Shown here: piece by piece, positions 39,701 to 51,700 of the stretch
Numbering within the stretch: position 1 is the first letter of the stretch
Layout: each line of letters opens with the position of its first letter
Assembly: GCA_000934665.2 (NCBI GenBank)
Contig: KZ538365.1
Location: 1-64,000 of the forward strand
Origin: Catajapyx aquilonaris
Lineage: Eukaryota
Reading direction: 5' to 3'
DNA: 64,000 nt
Program-made: the position numbers and the translations under genes
Notes under the pieces: model-generated
Seen by the model: only the letters and a program-made list of their open reading frames with translations
The model's database searches: none
Told to the model about the DNA's origin: nothing

Positions 39701-42700
39701 AATCTTGGCTGCAGGAAGATTAGGGCCAGTCCAGCCATCCAGTCCCAACGAACCAATTGTCGAACGACCGAAATCTTCACCCTTACATACTGAGCCTGCA
39801 CGCGTAGAAGACCTGCCAGCGGTACCTCAAGAGTCTAGGGAATTGAAGAAAAAGAAGCCTGTAAAACCTTTCGAGGCAATGTCCTGGCATGAAAAGCCTA
39901 AACATTCGTCAGGGTTCCAAGCTGCTGCAGCGACCAGGAAGACAAAGCCAGAGCAAAATGTGGAAAAGCATAAAAAGCGTAGACAAATATGGTCAACTAC
40001 GACCCTATCCTGGGATGAACATGAAGAAGAAGTCGGTGTGGTGCAAACGGAACCTGTGCCAAAAATTCCCGAACCCATTGAAGTACTGGCTGTGCCGGAT
40101 GAGAAAGCGATCGAATCGGATGAAAAAGAGGAAGAACCGCAGCAGCCTCTCGACGAAGAAAAGAAGAAGAGGAAGAAGAAAAAGAAGGCGGAAAAATCTG
40201 AGGACGAGATTGAAAAGGCCCTAAGAGAAATTGCAGCAATGGAAAAGGGGCATGACACCAAGGAAAAGAAGCAAGGAAAGTCTTCCGAGCAAGATGTATC
40301 GAAAAAAGAAATGCCAGGAAAGCATTCTAGCCGAATTTCCAAAGATAAGCCTTCTGTGGAAAGCAAGACCAAAAAATATACTGGGACAGCTGTGAAAGTC
40401 GAAGCATCACATCAGGACATTGCTCAAGAAGAATTGCCATCAAAATATGCAAAGAATCAGAAGTCGAAATCTTCTTCTACGCAGGCTGCTGTTTCTGCGG
40501 AAGAAATATCAACCGCGGATTCTAATTTAGACTATCAGGGTCAGGTTGCTGAAACAGAGCCTGAAACAAAGAAGAGAAAAATTAAGAAGAAGAAATCGCC
40601 AATTTCAGCGGAATCAGTTGCACAGGTTATTGAAACTGCCACTGCGTCCCAAGAGGGTGAGTCACCTAGTTTTGAATGCGAAAACCAAGACAAGCCTATC
40701 CAAGAACTAGCAACTACGGAAGTGGGCACAGGCGAAACATTTAGAGAGGCAAAGCATTCTGAAAAGACTTCCTCGGAAAAATCCAAGCCCAAAAAGAAGA
40801 AAGATTCTGCTCCAGCTGCAGTTGAAGGAACTCAGCTGGAGACAGAATCTCTACCTGTAACAATTGCTCTTTCCCTTGAGGTAGCTGAACCTCAAGACAT
40901 ACGACCGTTAGAGGAACAAACATATGTTTCAGATATCATAACTACAGACGATGCCATAACATCACAAGAAGTACAACTAACAGGAGAAAATACAGAAGAA
41001 GTGAAACCATCCCCTGAAGTGGACACCAAAAAGAGAAAAGCAAAAAAGAAACGAGTGACCACTGATCTTCCAAATGGCTCGCAAGTCTCAGAAGACTCTA
41101 AATTGCAAGGTCAAGAAGACATTGCTACTGTCGAAAAATTAGAAGAAATTGAATACGTTGCAGAGAGAGCTGAAGAAACAACTGCTGACACGAATCCCTC
41201 GCCAGATGATGATGTAGCTCGCAAGAAAAAGAAATCTAAGAAGAAGAAAGGTTCAGAAATTTCAGATTCGATTGTAGTTTCGGCTTGCCAGACTGATTCT
41301 GAAACGGACAAGGTTCTAAAAGGAACCACATCACCAGAAGACTTCAGCACTGGTCTCCCGGATATTGAAACAATGGCTGAAGGACAACCGGACCAACCCC
41401 AGTCAGAGGATATTCCAGAAATAGAAAAAGAAGAACAAGGGGTGAAGGAGGAAGATGTAAGAACTGTTGACTTACATATGGTTGAGGAGAAACTTGAAAC
41501 ACAGCCAGCGAAAAAGAAGAAAAAGAAGAGCAGAAAAGACGCTCGTTTGCACGAGACTATGTCATCTAAAGTTGAAGAATGTGAAGCTTTTGATCAAGAT
41601 AAATCTGAAACCCATTTTGAAGAGCAGCATTCAGCAGAGCTTGGTGTCGAAACCGAAGTTACGTATGAATTAGCACAATCGCCAACACTACCTACTAGTG
41701 ACGAATATGCGTGTGAGGCCACAATTGAACCTTCAATGGAACATGGTGAAGGAGAAACTGCAGCTGTTGTGGAACCTATGGTACACGAAACAGAAGAACC
41801 AGAGGGTATACTTTCAAAGGGAACCAAAGCGAAAAAGAAACACAAGAAGCTCACTTTTAAAGATGAACCTCAAGTGGCAATTCTGCCAGAAGAGGCTCCA
41901 TACTCAACTCCATATCCGGAGAAAGTGGAAATGCCCGTGTTTGTTGACCCTGGGTCTTGGATTCTCACCGATGAAGAGGAGGAAAGAAAGAGAAGGGAGA
42001 CTAAACGTGGCAAGCCGATAAAGAAAGTTAGTTTCTCCGAGGTAGTGCAAGAAATTTTGCGAGAGGATGTTCCTTTGGAAGAAATCGAACCTCTTGTATC
42101 GGAAACCGCCATGGAAGTTATGGATGAAAAGGAATTCCTCTTGGATGAGTGCAGAGTTAGTGCCTTGCCGGATATTCTCATGAATTTGAAAAGTACTTCC
42201 CTAGATCAAGGCCAGGATACGTCTGTAGAAGCAGAGACTGAAGTTATTTCTGGAAGCCCTGTAGAAGCAATATTCTCAAAAGATGACTCTGAGGTGGTGG
42301 AAAAACCATTTCAAATGGCTACCACAAGTGCTGATGAAGAAGCAACAGTGGACAGCAATTTGGACCAAGAAGATAGGTTCGAGGAATCAGATATTGGTGT
42401 AGTCATGAAAAAGGATGCTGACAAAAAGGCTTCACCACTTGGACGCAGAAATGTGAAAAAGAAACTCAAACGACCCAAGTTTGTCTTGGCAGAAGAAGAG
42501 AGTGTAAGTTCAGTTCCCCCAGAACCGGAGGAAATGGTGACATCTCCAGTCCCTACCGGAAGCGTCGAGGAAACGGAAGTGCTGCAGGAACAATCGGAAC
42601 CTCAGCATTTAGAAATTACTGTTCCAGTTGAATCTCACCTATTACCATGGAGTGGCAGCGATGAAGATGTCCTATTAAGTCCTCAATGGATGAAACGTAG

Positions 42701-45700
42701 CAGTCCGGGTCCAGACGAAAAGTCGGCTGTGGAAGTGCCGCCTAGTCCATCAATCACACCAGACATTCCATCGACAACTGACGACGAGGCCACATCATCG
42801 GGCAAGTCCTCCCCATTAGTGCCTCACTTTGCCTCTGCAGATGCTTCGCAATCTCAGGAAGCAGAGGAAGTGTATTGGAGGATCCGAGATAAGGTGAAAA
42901 AGAAGAAGAGACGTGTCAGACTGCCATCGGTTCCAGAAGCACAATCTAAAGTAGAGGAAGTCCAGGGAGTGGTCCAAGAGGCAGTCCAAGCTTCAGAGCA
43001 AACGACATGTACAGAACCTGAATTGATACCTGAGGAAGCACCTATGGAAGTGACAATCGAAGAAGACCAAGTTCCAAAAGTAGCGGATGCAACTCCTGTA
43101 ATTCCTAACTTTCCTAGGCAAGAGCTGAGTGGGGCTTGGTTAGAGGCTTTGGAGCAGCCGTTGACGTTTGACGACGAAGAGGATGAAGCAGCTTCGCCGA
43201 TTGTCACAACTATGGATGAATTTCCTCCTATTACTGGCGTGCCAGAAGCCCCACAAATACATGTCAAGATAACAAAAGAAATTACTAAAGTGATGTCGGC
43301 TGTGGAAGAAGGGGGCTATATTCCGGAAGAAGAGTCCAAAGTAAAAGTGACTTTTGAAGTTGAAACTGTCCCAGTTTCCGAGAAAATGACGACACCTATG
43401 CCTGCAACATGGGCTGACGTGGTATCTTCGAGCAAATCGCCGGACCAAGAAGAGGAAGTACTAGAATCCCCAGTCATAGATTCTAGCGTGCAAATTGTAA
43501 AACCAAAGACTATTGTCATATCTGCTGAGAAAGAGAAAGGAGACAAGAATGAAGAAATGCAACCAGACCCAGAAGGGTTCCTACCGGTAGCTAGTAAAAA
43601 CGAACGACGGCGGAGACATACCCGATCAACCTCTAGAGAACCTACACCCTCGAAAGACACTTCCGAAGTTCATGCTGTAGCGCCCCCAGAATCTCCAGAA
43701 TTAGCACAATCCGAAGATGATGAGGAAGATGATGAAGATCAATCGTCAGCTTTAGAAACACCAGAAATAAAACCTGGGAAAGCAAACAAAGGCTGGAGGA
43801 AGCGTAAAGCAAAGTTGTCTGACGTTGAAAGGGAAGCCTTGGAAATAGCTGATGCTATAGAAAGTGGAGGAGATGTACCTGCCAAAGTTTTGGAAGCACG
43901 GCGAAAATGGGACTCGACCCTCCTGGCTCTAGAATACCTTTCCCAGGATGTCTGGCATGATTATCACAGCGTGAAAGCCGCGGAGAAAAAATTGCACGAA
44001 AATCGAGCAAACCTTGCTGTTGCTGTTACCAGCAGTAATGTGACCGAAATAAGTGCTGGAGAAGCCCAGGCGAAGGTAGAGGAACCTCCAGTGGTGTCAA
44101 TTAAACAACCACCATCAGTAACGACAGAAATGGCAGAACCGTCCCTAGTAACAGAATTATTACCTTTTATGCCAGAGGGGAAAACAGTACCTCTGTCGTC
44201 TACAGTGACTTTGGAACCCAAAGAGCCTGAGGATCTATGCGCTATTGTCGGCGTACCCATTGAACCCCCGCCTGCTAATGAGCCTTCTGCAACAGCTGCA
44301 ACAGAAGTGACGATCGCGACAGAACCTTTAGCAATAGATGACTCTTCGGAAGACAAGGATGTCCAGGTTTCTTTGCTGCCAGTAGTTCCTACTGTAGAAG
44401 CGGGGCCTTTACAAGAAGATTCACTCGCCATCGCAGAAGATAATACATCCGGTCTAGTTCCTACTTCGCCACCCATTGATATCGATGCTGGCAGAGATTC
44501 TGCATCTGAGGAAGCAGAGGTTACACCTGTGATCGATCAATCTGTTTCCAACGAAATACCTATATTCAGGGACGCCAGTGTCAGATTCACAGATTCACAG
44601 ATACAGGAAATGTCGGATGAATCTGTCACGGAAATAGTATTACCCAACAACGATCAAGTGTGGGTGGAATCTCCATTGTACAGCGAGGCAGAAGTACAAC
44701 GACCAAGAGTGCTTCCTCAAGCGCCTAAGCGTGAAGTAAGCGTTAGTCGTTGCTTGGCACGCGACATATTTTGGTACGACAAGTGGGTTTACGACGACGC
44801 AGAGACCTTGTGGTACGAATTAGCTTCTCAAAGAGCACGAGTGTCGGAAAAGGCGAGGTCTAGGTCAAAGTCTCCTCCTCCACCGCCTCCTCCTGATGAC
44901 GACCACGATTCCAGTAACGACGGTGACGGCAATGGCGGCGGCGGTAGTAGGTCTTCCACTTCTGAGGCTTGGTCCGGTTGTGGTTACCAAACACGGTCGG
45001 AGTACTTTACAGCTGATCTTCCTGCCGGAATAGGTCACTGGCGTGACCTCAGCACATACCTTAGCAAAGATGTGGGCCAGGTCGGTGAGGTGGTTGTGAT
45101 GGAGGACACTGAAAGCGCGACTTTTAGAATTGCAAAGGAGATGGCCGAACAGGTGATTGGTACTCTGGACGATGAAGATGCAGACAGCTTTAAAGAGCAG
45201 CCAGCGGTTTCGTTCCGCGAAAACAAGGTTGGCACCAACACCTGATGCTGGATGATTTGCGTAATGTGCCGACTAAATCTGTGTTTAGAAGCACCCTCGA
45301 AACATTTCGTATAACCTGTGTAACTAATAATTGCAATCCTTTGATTCTTTTCATCGCTGCTACTATACTACTGCTATGGTACTATTACTTTGGGCTTTCT
45401 TGCTTGATATCTTCCTGCTGGCTGAAGCAATCATGTTTGCCAGCAGGAGGGGCGACCTTTATATATGCAGTTGCAATCATGATATCACATGTCTGCATCT
45501 CGCACGCGCGTAAAATGACAGATTGTGTGATTGTGTGACATAGCATGTTGTGGAATGCCATTTTGTGTTTCTTATGTAGGTTACTCCTATGTGGTGTAAT
45601 TGTATGAGCGCGGGTGTGTGTGTGTGTGAACGGGTTGTTATTAATAACACCTAGAGGAGACCTTGCTTTTGGCATGCCCGCTCAGTTTATTTCCATCTTT

Positions 45701-48700
45701 GCAGTCATTTACCTGCATAGGTATTGTATTGTATCATAATCTTGTTTGTCAACTAAAGAGTTAGTCTGAATGAAATGAGAACATTTGAATGCTGTGGCCG
45801 TATAACGTGAGCCCAGAAAGCACAATACAGTGCAGTGGGGCGATTTTATTTTAGATTACCGAAGGTGACAATAGGTCAAAGAGTCGAAATTTCATAAATT
45901 CAGCCACATGGGATTGCAGTATTACTGCCTGCACGTTTTCACCCAACTTGGCAACTTTGCGGCCTGTCTTCTCTCACGTATAGTCGGGAAGGTCGCGACC
46001 TGTTGATAGATTAGGCCCACCTAGATGATAAATAATAATGTAATTTATTGCTGCGGTCACTTATTCCAGTCTTTCTCCGCCATCAAGCATAAGCTCGACA
46101 GACATGCAGTTAAGAATCAAGTCATAAAACCGGATTTGTTCAGTAGTGTATAAAGAAGCAATCAATTGACAACACGTTGTGAAATGAAACCGTGCCAAGG
46201 ATGGGTCACGTAAAGTGACAGTGATGTTTAAGAAGGACATGATGATCAAATAATGTCACGAGGCTGCCCTTGAAGCATCCTAATTTGTTTTTCTAGCCCC
46301 ATGCAGTTATTTTTTTATTATTCATCAGCAAGCATGATGGCTTCTTAGAAAAATGCAGTCCTGCGTGACGGACTATATGGAACAGGTAGAAAGCAAAAGT
46401 TGGCCTGTTGGGGTGGTCATGCAGGCAGGAAAGACTGCGGGACATGATGTTATTTGTGGGGGTGAGTCACACATTTTGGGCGCCGGCGTTCCACTTGGCA
46501 GGCAGCTACATTAGAGCTGGTGGCGGGTGGGAAGGCTGCAGCGCTTCTGCTGCACAGCCTACAAAACCATCACTGTGATATTCGAGAAGTTCCGTAAGTT
46601 TGAACCGAGGCTATTGCCGCCGCTTGCTAGCTGCAGCTTCTATTCTTGGTTGTCAATGGAAACCGGAAGGTGCTGTGGGAGTGGGGAGGACATGTGTAGT
46701 CTGTGTGTGTGTGTGTGTATGTGTGCGCGCGCATGGTGTGTTTCAGAATGTGTGGAAAGTAGAACTCATCTTCTCCTTTTTGCGTGGGGTGTGTAGGAAT
46801 CTGCTGGATCAGAGTTGAGGAACCTTCAGGATAGTCTGCAAGACATAATACAACGACTGGCCTTGGTCGAGCAAGAGGATATTTATTCCCAGTTGGCCAC
46901 TCTTCGAGTAAGTGTCGTTTTGAATATTATATTCGGTCATTTGTCACTGTGATGGGTGAAGTGTCTAATACTTAATATATTATTATTATTGAATGTAAGT
47001 TATAAATATATTGGCATATCCAGATCATCTTACAGCTTTAGCCGTAGGCAACCTCTTTTATTGCTCGCAATATATGCAAATATTTGTCGAAGAACATGTT
47101 CCATTACTAGTGGAATGGGAGAAAAAAAGAGCCACGCTGGTCCATCTCACGTCAACACTTGTTTTTTTAAATGCAACTTATGAATTAGTTGAATGCAAAC
47201 CGCTGTGGAAGAGTAGATATTCAGAAGCGGATGATAGTCATTGTCATACAAAAGGCTGGTAATAAAAGGATGTTATTAGTGAAAACCGATTAGACCTTTC
47301 GCCGGGTGCACACCAGCAGTGTCTCAAGAACGAATAGAGTCGTACTTGTATTAATCGCCCTTGACTTGACCTTTTGGGTAGACAGATGTGCAGGTGCAGG
47401 CGCTTCGATCTGTCAAAAGCATTCATCAGCAATGTTTAAATCATTATGAGCTTACTGTAATCTGCTGCTCTGTCATGATGTTTATTTCAGAATACTGTAT
47501 ATATACAGCCAAGAGTTATTAGCTCTTGATACAGCATAGGCTGGGTACTTTTCTAAATTATGGACATTGAAAAAGTACCGCATTACGTGAAACTGCACTG
47601 ATTTGCGGAAGCCAAGTTATTTTCGCCAGTACTGGTACACATTTTTTTGTGATCAGGCAAGTTCTATCGACAACTTCCATAGGCCAACTTTTTCCAGAAA
47701 CACATTGCGTTTTTGGGAGGCTCTTCGTGTCTGTGGTGCGATGATGAGATTGAGTCAAATCCAGGGCAATTTCTTTTACTATGCATTTAGCCTCACGAGT
47801 CGCAAACATAAGATCACCCAAACTCACATCTGAATCTCGGAATAAAAGCTTTTGAAATATGGACTGTTTTCCGGTGAACTGACCTGCTCACGCCATCTTT
47901 ATCATTGCCACAAAAAGGACATACTGTATTATATGTTCTTACAAGCCTAAAATAAATATCAATATCGCCTCCCGTAATTTACAACACCGGTAATGACTAG
48001 TGCTCTGGTCTGATAAGTGAACAAGTGTACAACTTTCAGTGCTGAATACGGCGAAAAGCCAATGCAAATTCCTGAGAGGCCGATAGTAGTTGGCATACCG
48101 AAAATTGCATTCGTAATGCGATACACTGACATCACGCATTTCTTTCAGATTATTGTTGACAATCTCGCGACCTTTGACAAGACAGCCAGCACCCTCGATG
48201 CCAAATTGCAAGACGTGGGCTTTGATCCCGACTTTCAAGCCCTGCAAGTTCAGTTGGCAGCTGTGAAAACCAAGATAGTAACTGTCACCACACAAGCGGA
48301 AGCTTTACAGAGGGGAATAGAAGTAAGTTTGCAAGACCGCCGGTGAGATCACCGTTTTACATGTGTGGGCGTCACCCAATATTTGTCTACTCACTTGGCA
48401 CAATAGCAGTGTACTTGTGCTATATTGGACATAATTTAATCCGGCTGACATGTGTCCTTAGGCGTACCTCAAGGAAAGAGAAAAGAGACATCAGGAGGTC
48501 CGCAACTACGAAGGATTGCTGAATGAAATTGGCCAGTGGCTAGGTGACACGTGTGCGGCTCTCTCTTTGCAGCAGGGTCAACCCGGATCTTCCCAGGCCA
48601 TCCAGGAGGGCATACAAAGCACTCAGGTAATATTTTTATCCGCTTGGCAATCAGTCAGACGGGTTTTGTCAACGGAAGGGCTGGTCACGCTCACACGATA

Positions 48701-51700
48701 CTAGTACAAACGGGGAAACAGTTTTATGAGCATTTTGAACGTGTAGGTCAAGGTCGCGCCAATAGCAGAATCGGCCATGTTTTTTTTAGCCCCTGAGGCG
48801 TGAGGTGACCGGCATCACTGCTATAAATATATGATGGCAGCTCAGACCCAGAATATTTTTTTGCCGGTGATGTGATTCTGGCATGTGTTACAACAGACTT
48901 GCGCAATGACCTGGAAACGTTTTTGGTCTGTGTGGGGAACTGGTACAGTGCAGATAATGAGCAAACTTTGGTCAGCAGCAGATTTAAGGTGGTGCTGTTG
49001 TTCCATTTCCACAGAGCGTCTTGAATGAACTAGGCACCAGGGAGCAACAGTTGCAGAATTTGCTACTGCAGTGCCAACAGTTGCAAGGACATCGAGATGT
49101 GCAGGTTCTTGCCACCCGTCTGTACGAACAGCTCGTCGGTCTGCAAAGGACTATTCTCGAAACGAAGGGAATTCTGCATGCGCGACTACAGGACTTGCAG
49201 GTAAGATTTGACCTTCAACTGTTGGACACCATGAGTGAACGTTTTCTGGGCGCATGATATTGCATCAAGAATGATATGTTAAAAACTGTGTGTGTTCATC
49301 ACAATCATCCGCCTGGGTTTGTTCATTTTTGAGCCACCTTGGCGGACTGTGAGGAGTGTATAGGCCCGAAGTGGATATCACATCTTATAACCAATCCGTA
49401 TGCGGAATGTTACTACACAAGTTTAGTCGTGTATACGGGGTGTTAAACGAAAATCGTACACCGATGGCAGAATTCTATGGGGAAGATTTGCGAACAATCG
49501 CATTTACGTCACACTTTTGCGATATCCGCGAGGACAGCATAGTAATATTTCTAACTTGTTGATATGTGCAGTGAGTGACGGATTTACATAATGATCCTGA
49601 GAACTGACGTGCCTATTTTTTATGTTCGTGGAGGGAAGGGGAACCTGATACCCCCACCTTCCTCCTCTCATTGGATAAACAGTGGAGTGCAGTCTCCCTG
49701 CTGGGGACAGTTCTAAATCATCTCTGCAAATTAAACCTTGTCTTGCTTCCAAACGTTGTCCTGCTTAAAATAATTTGTCTTCTGATAGGCCTTTTAATTA
49801 CGAAACGAGCGTTACAGGAACAGCAATAATTAACACAGGGTGCTACATGAGATCACATAGTTGCCTCATTTGCTTTGTATATCGGAAACGACAAAGATAG
49901 TTTCGGGAGTTATTGTGAATATTATGGTCACCCCTTATTGCATGTGTCACTCGTTCTGTTATACCCAAATAATAAGGCCTGCCCAGATGGCCAAGGAAAC
50001 TCGTGCACGAGTTGTCCCAGGCGGTGGAGTACTATGGAGTGGGGAAGGATCAGGATCAGTCATTTGCAGATCTGGATTATTGAGGAAAGCCCAGAATTTT
50101 AAACTCATCTCGCGCTGCCAGGTGCGTGCGTGGTGCACGAGGCTCCTAGGAATGCAGTAAATATATTTTCAACTTTCTTCGGATCCTCGTACAATAATTC
50201 ACACCACGTGACTTCCGAGAGACAATCCGGAGGATATAATCCTGCCAGACTGGATCTGAGCGCTGTGCCCGCCGCAACTCTTTCCCCACTCCTTATATGG
50301 TCCACTCGTATCCATAGAAAAAAGCGGATGAACATATTTATTGTCACTTTTTTCGCCATTCTGTATGGATGATACCAAGTGTGTATGTAGCATATGAAAT
50401 ATCTGGAGATTATTCGTAATGTTTTGTGAAGCAATCAAAATGCAGGGTGTCCACAATGAACGTCCTTAGTTTCAAAGAGCAGTAAAAAATAGACATGAGG
50501 AGGCATTTAAAGTTTTGCATAAACTTGATGAGTGTCCCTTCTCATTTGTACAATTTCGACACCATGGTCCAGTTACTTGCGTAATTATAGCAAGTTGAAA
50601 CTAGGGAGGTTCATTGTGGACACCCTGTATATATTTTGAAATAAAAAATGCCGCAAGTTTTGAAATTATGTCAATATTCACATCGGGAATATTTCGACTA
50701 TACCGTACATCACTAGAGGTAATAATCGTTTCAGCCAGAAAATACTTGAAGCAAAATGTGTGCAAGGTGCATTTTGGAAACGATCCAGCAACCCAATTGT
50801 CGCTCATTATTGCATAGTCTACTAATTTGTATAGTAGTAGTTCTATATACAGCGTGTTCCATTTGAAATTTCCGCTTTAGCTAGTGCCTTTGGCACTAAC
50901 AAGGGAAGTGTCTGTAGGGCCATCGGCCAATCGGCCCGAAAATGACACTAGGGGTAAATCGCAGGCCAGAAATTCATTGGTGAAAGTAAAAAGTCGCATT
51001 AGCCAAGCGTTTTCGAGATATGGGCGACTATAGGTGCCCGGCAAACACGAATAAGTTATTATTTACTGAGCTTGTGACTATTAATTTTTCCGAATATGAA
51101 GCCATGGAGAGAGTAGGTAAGCATCGGCAGAAGAAAAAAAAAGTAATACACTTCCCAGCAAGCTGTTTATTTATTCCTGTTGATTGCAAAAGGGAAGATA
51201 TGCGGTGATAAACGGTGTTGGGGAAGAAAGAAAAAGAAAACGATGCTCCGAGACGAGAGAGGGAGGGGGGGAAAAAAAGTCGCTTCCCGCGGACTTGAAT
51301 GCGGAGACTTCAGATCATGACGCGGACGCGCTACCGACTGAGCCACGAAGACGGTTTATAATTTCTTCTGCCGAATGCGCCCCATTGTCACCGAGCAGGT
51401 TTGCCGGGCACCTATAGTCGCCCATATCTCGAAAACGCTTGGCTAATGCGACTTTTTACTTTCACCAATGAATTTCTGGCCTGCGATTTACCCCAAGTGT
51501 CATTTTCGGGCCGATTGGCCGATGGCCCTACAGACACTTCCCTTGTAAGTGGCATATTGTTTTAAAGCAGTTACTAGGGCAGGTTTCACCGAGAACGGTA
51601 CCGGTATATGAGAAACCAGGGTTCTTTTCGGAAAATCCCTACATATATCCCTTCCGGTAAATGAGCTCGTAAATGGGCGAGTACATTCCATTTTAGAGCT

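Noticed and set aside
51281..51352. Functional tRNA-Met gene
   Set aside because: Anticodon, T and acceptor stems pair poorly and the B box is degenerate; kept as a pseudogene-like cassette
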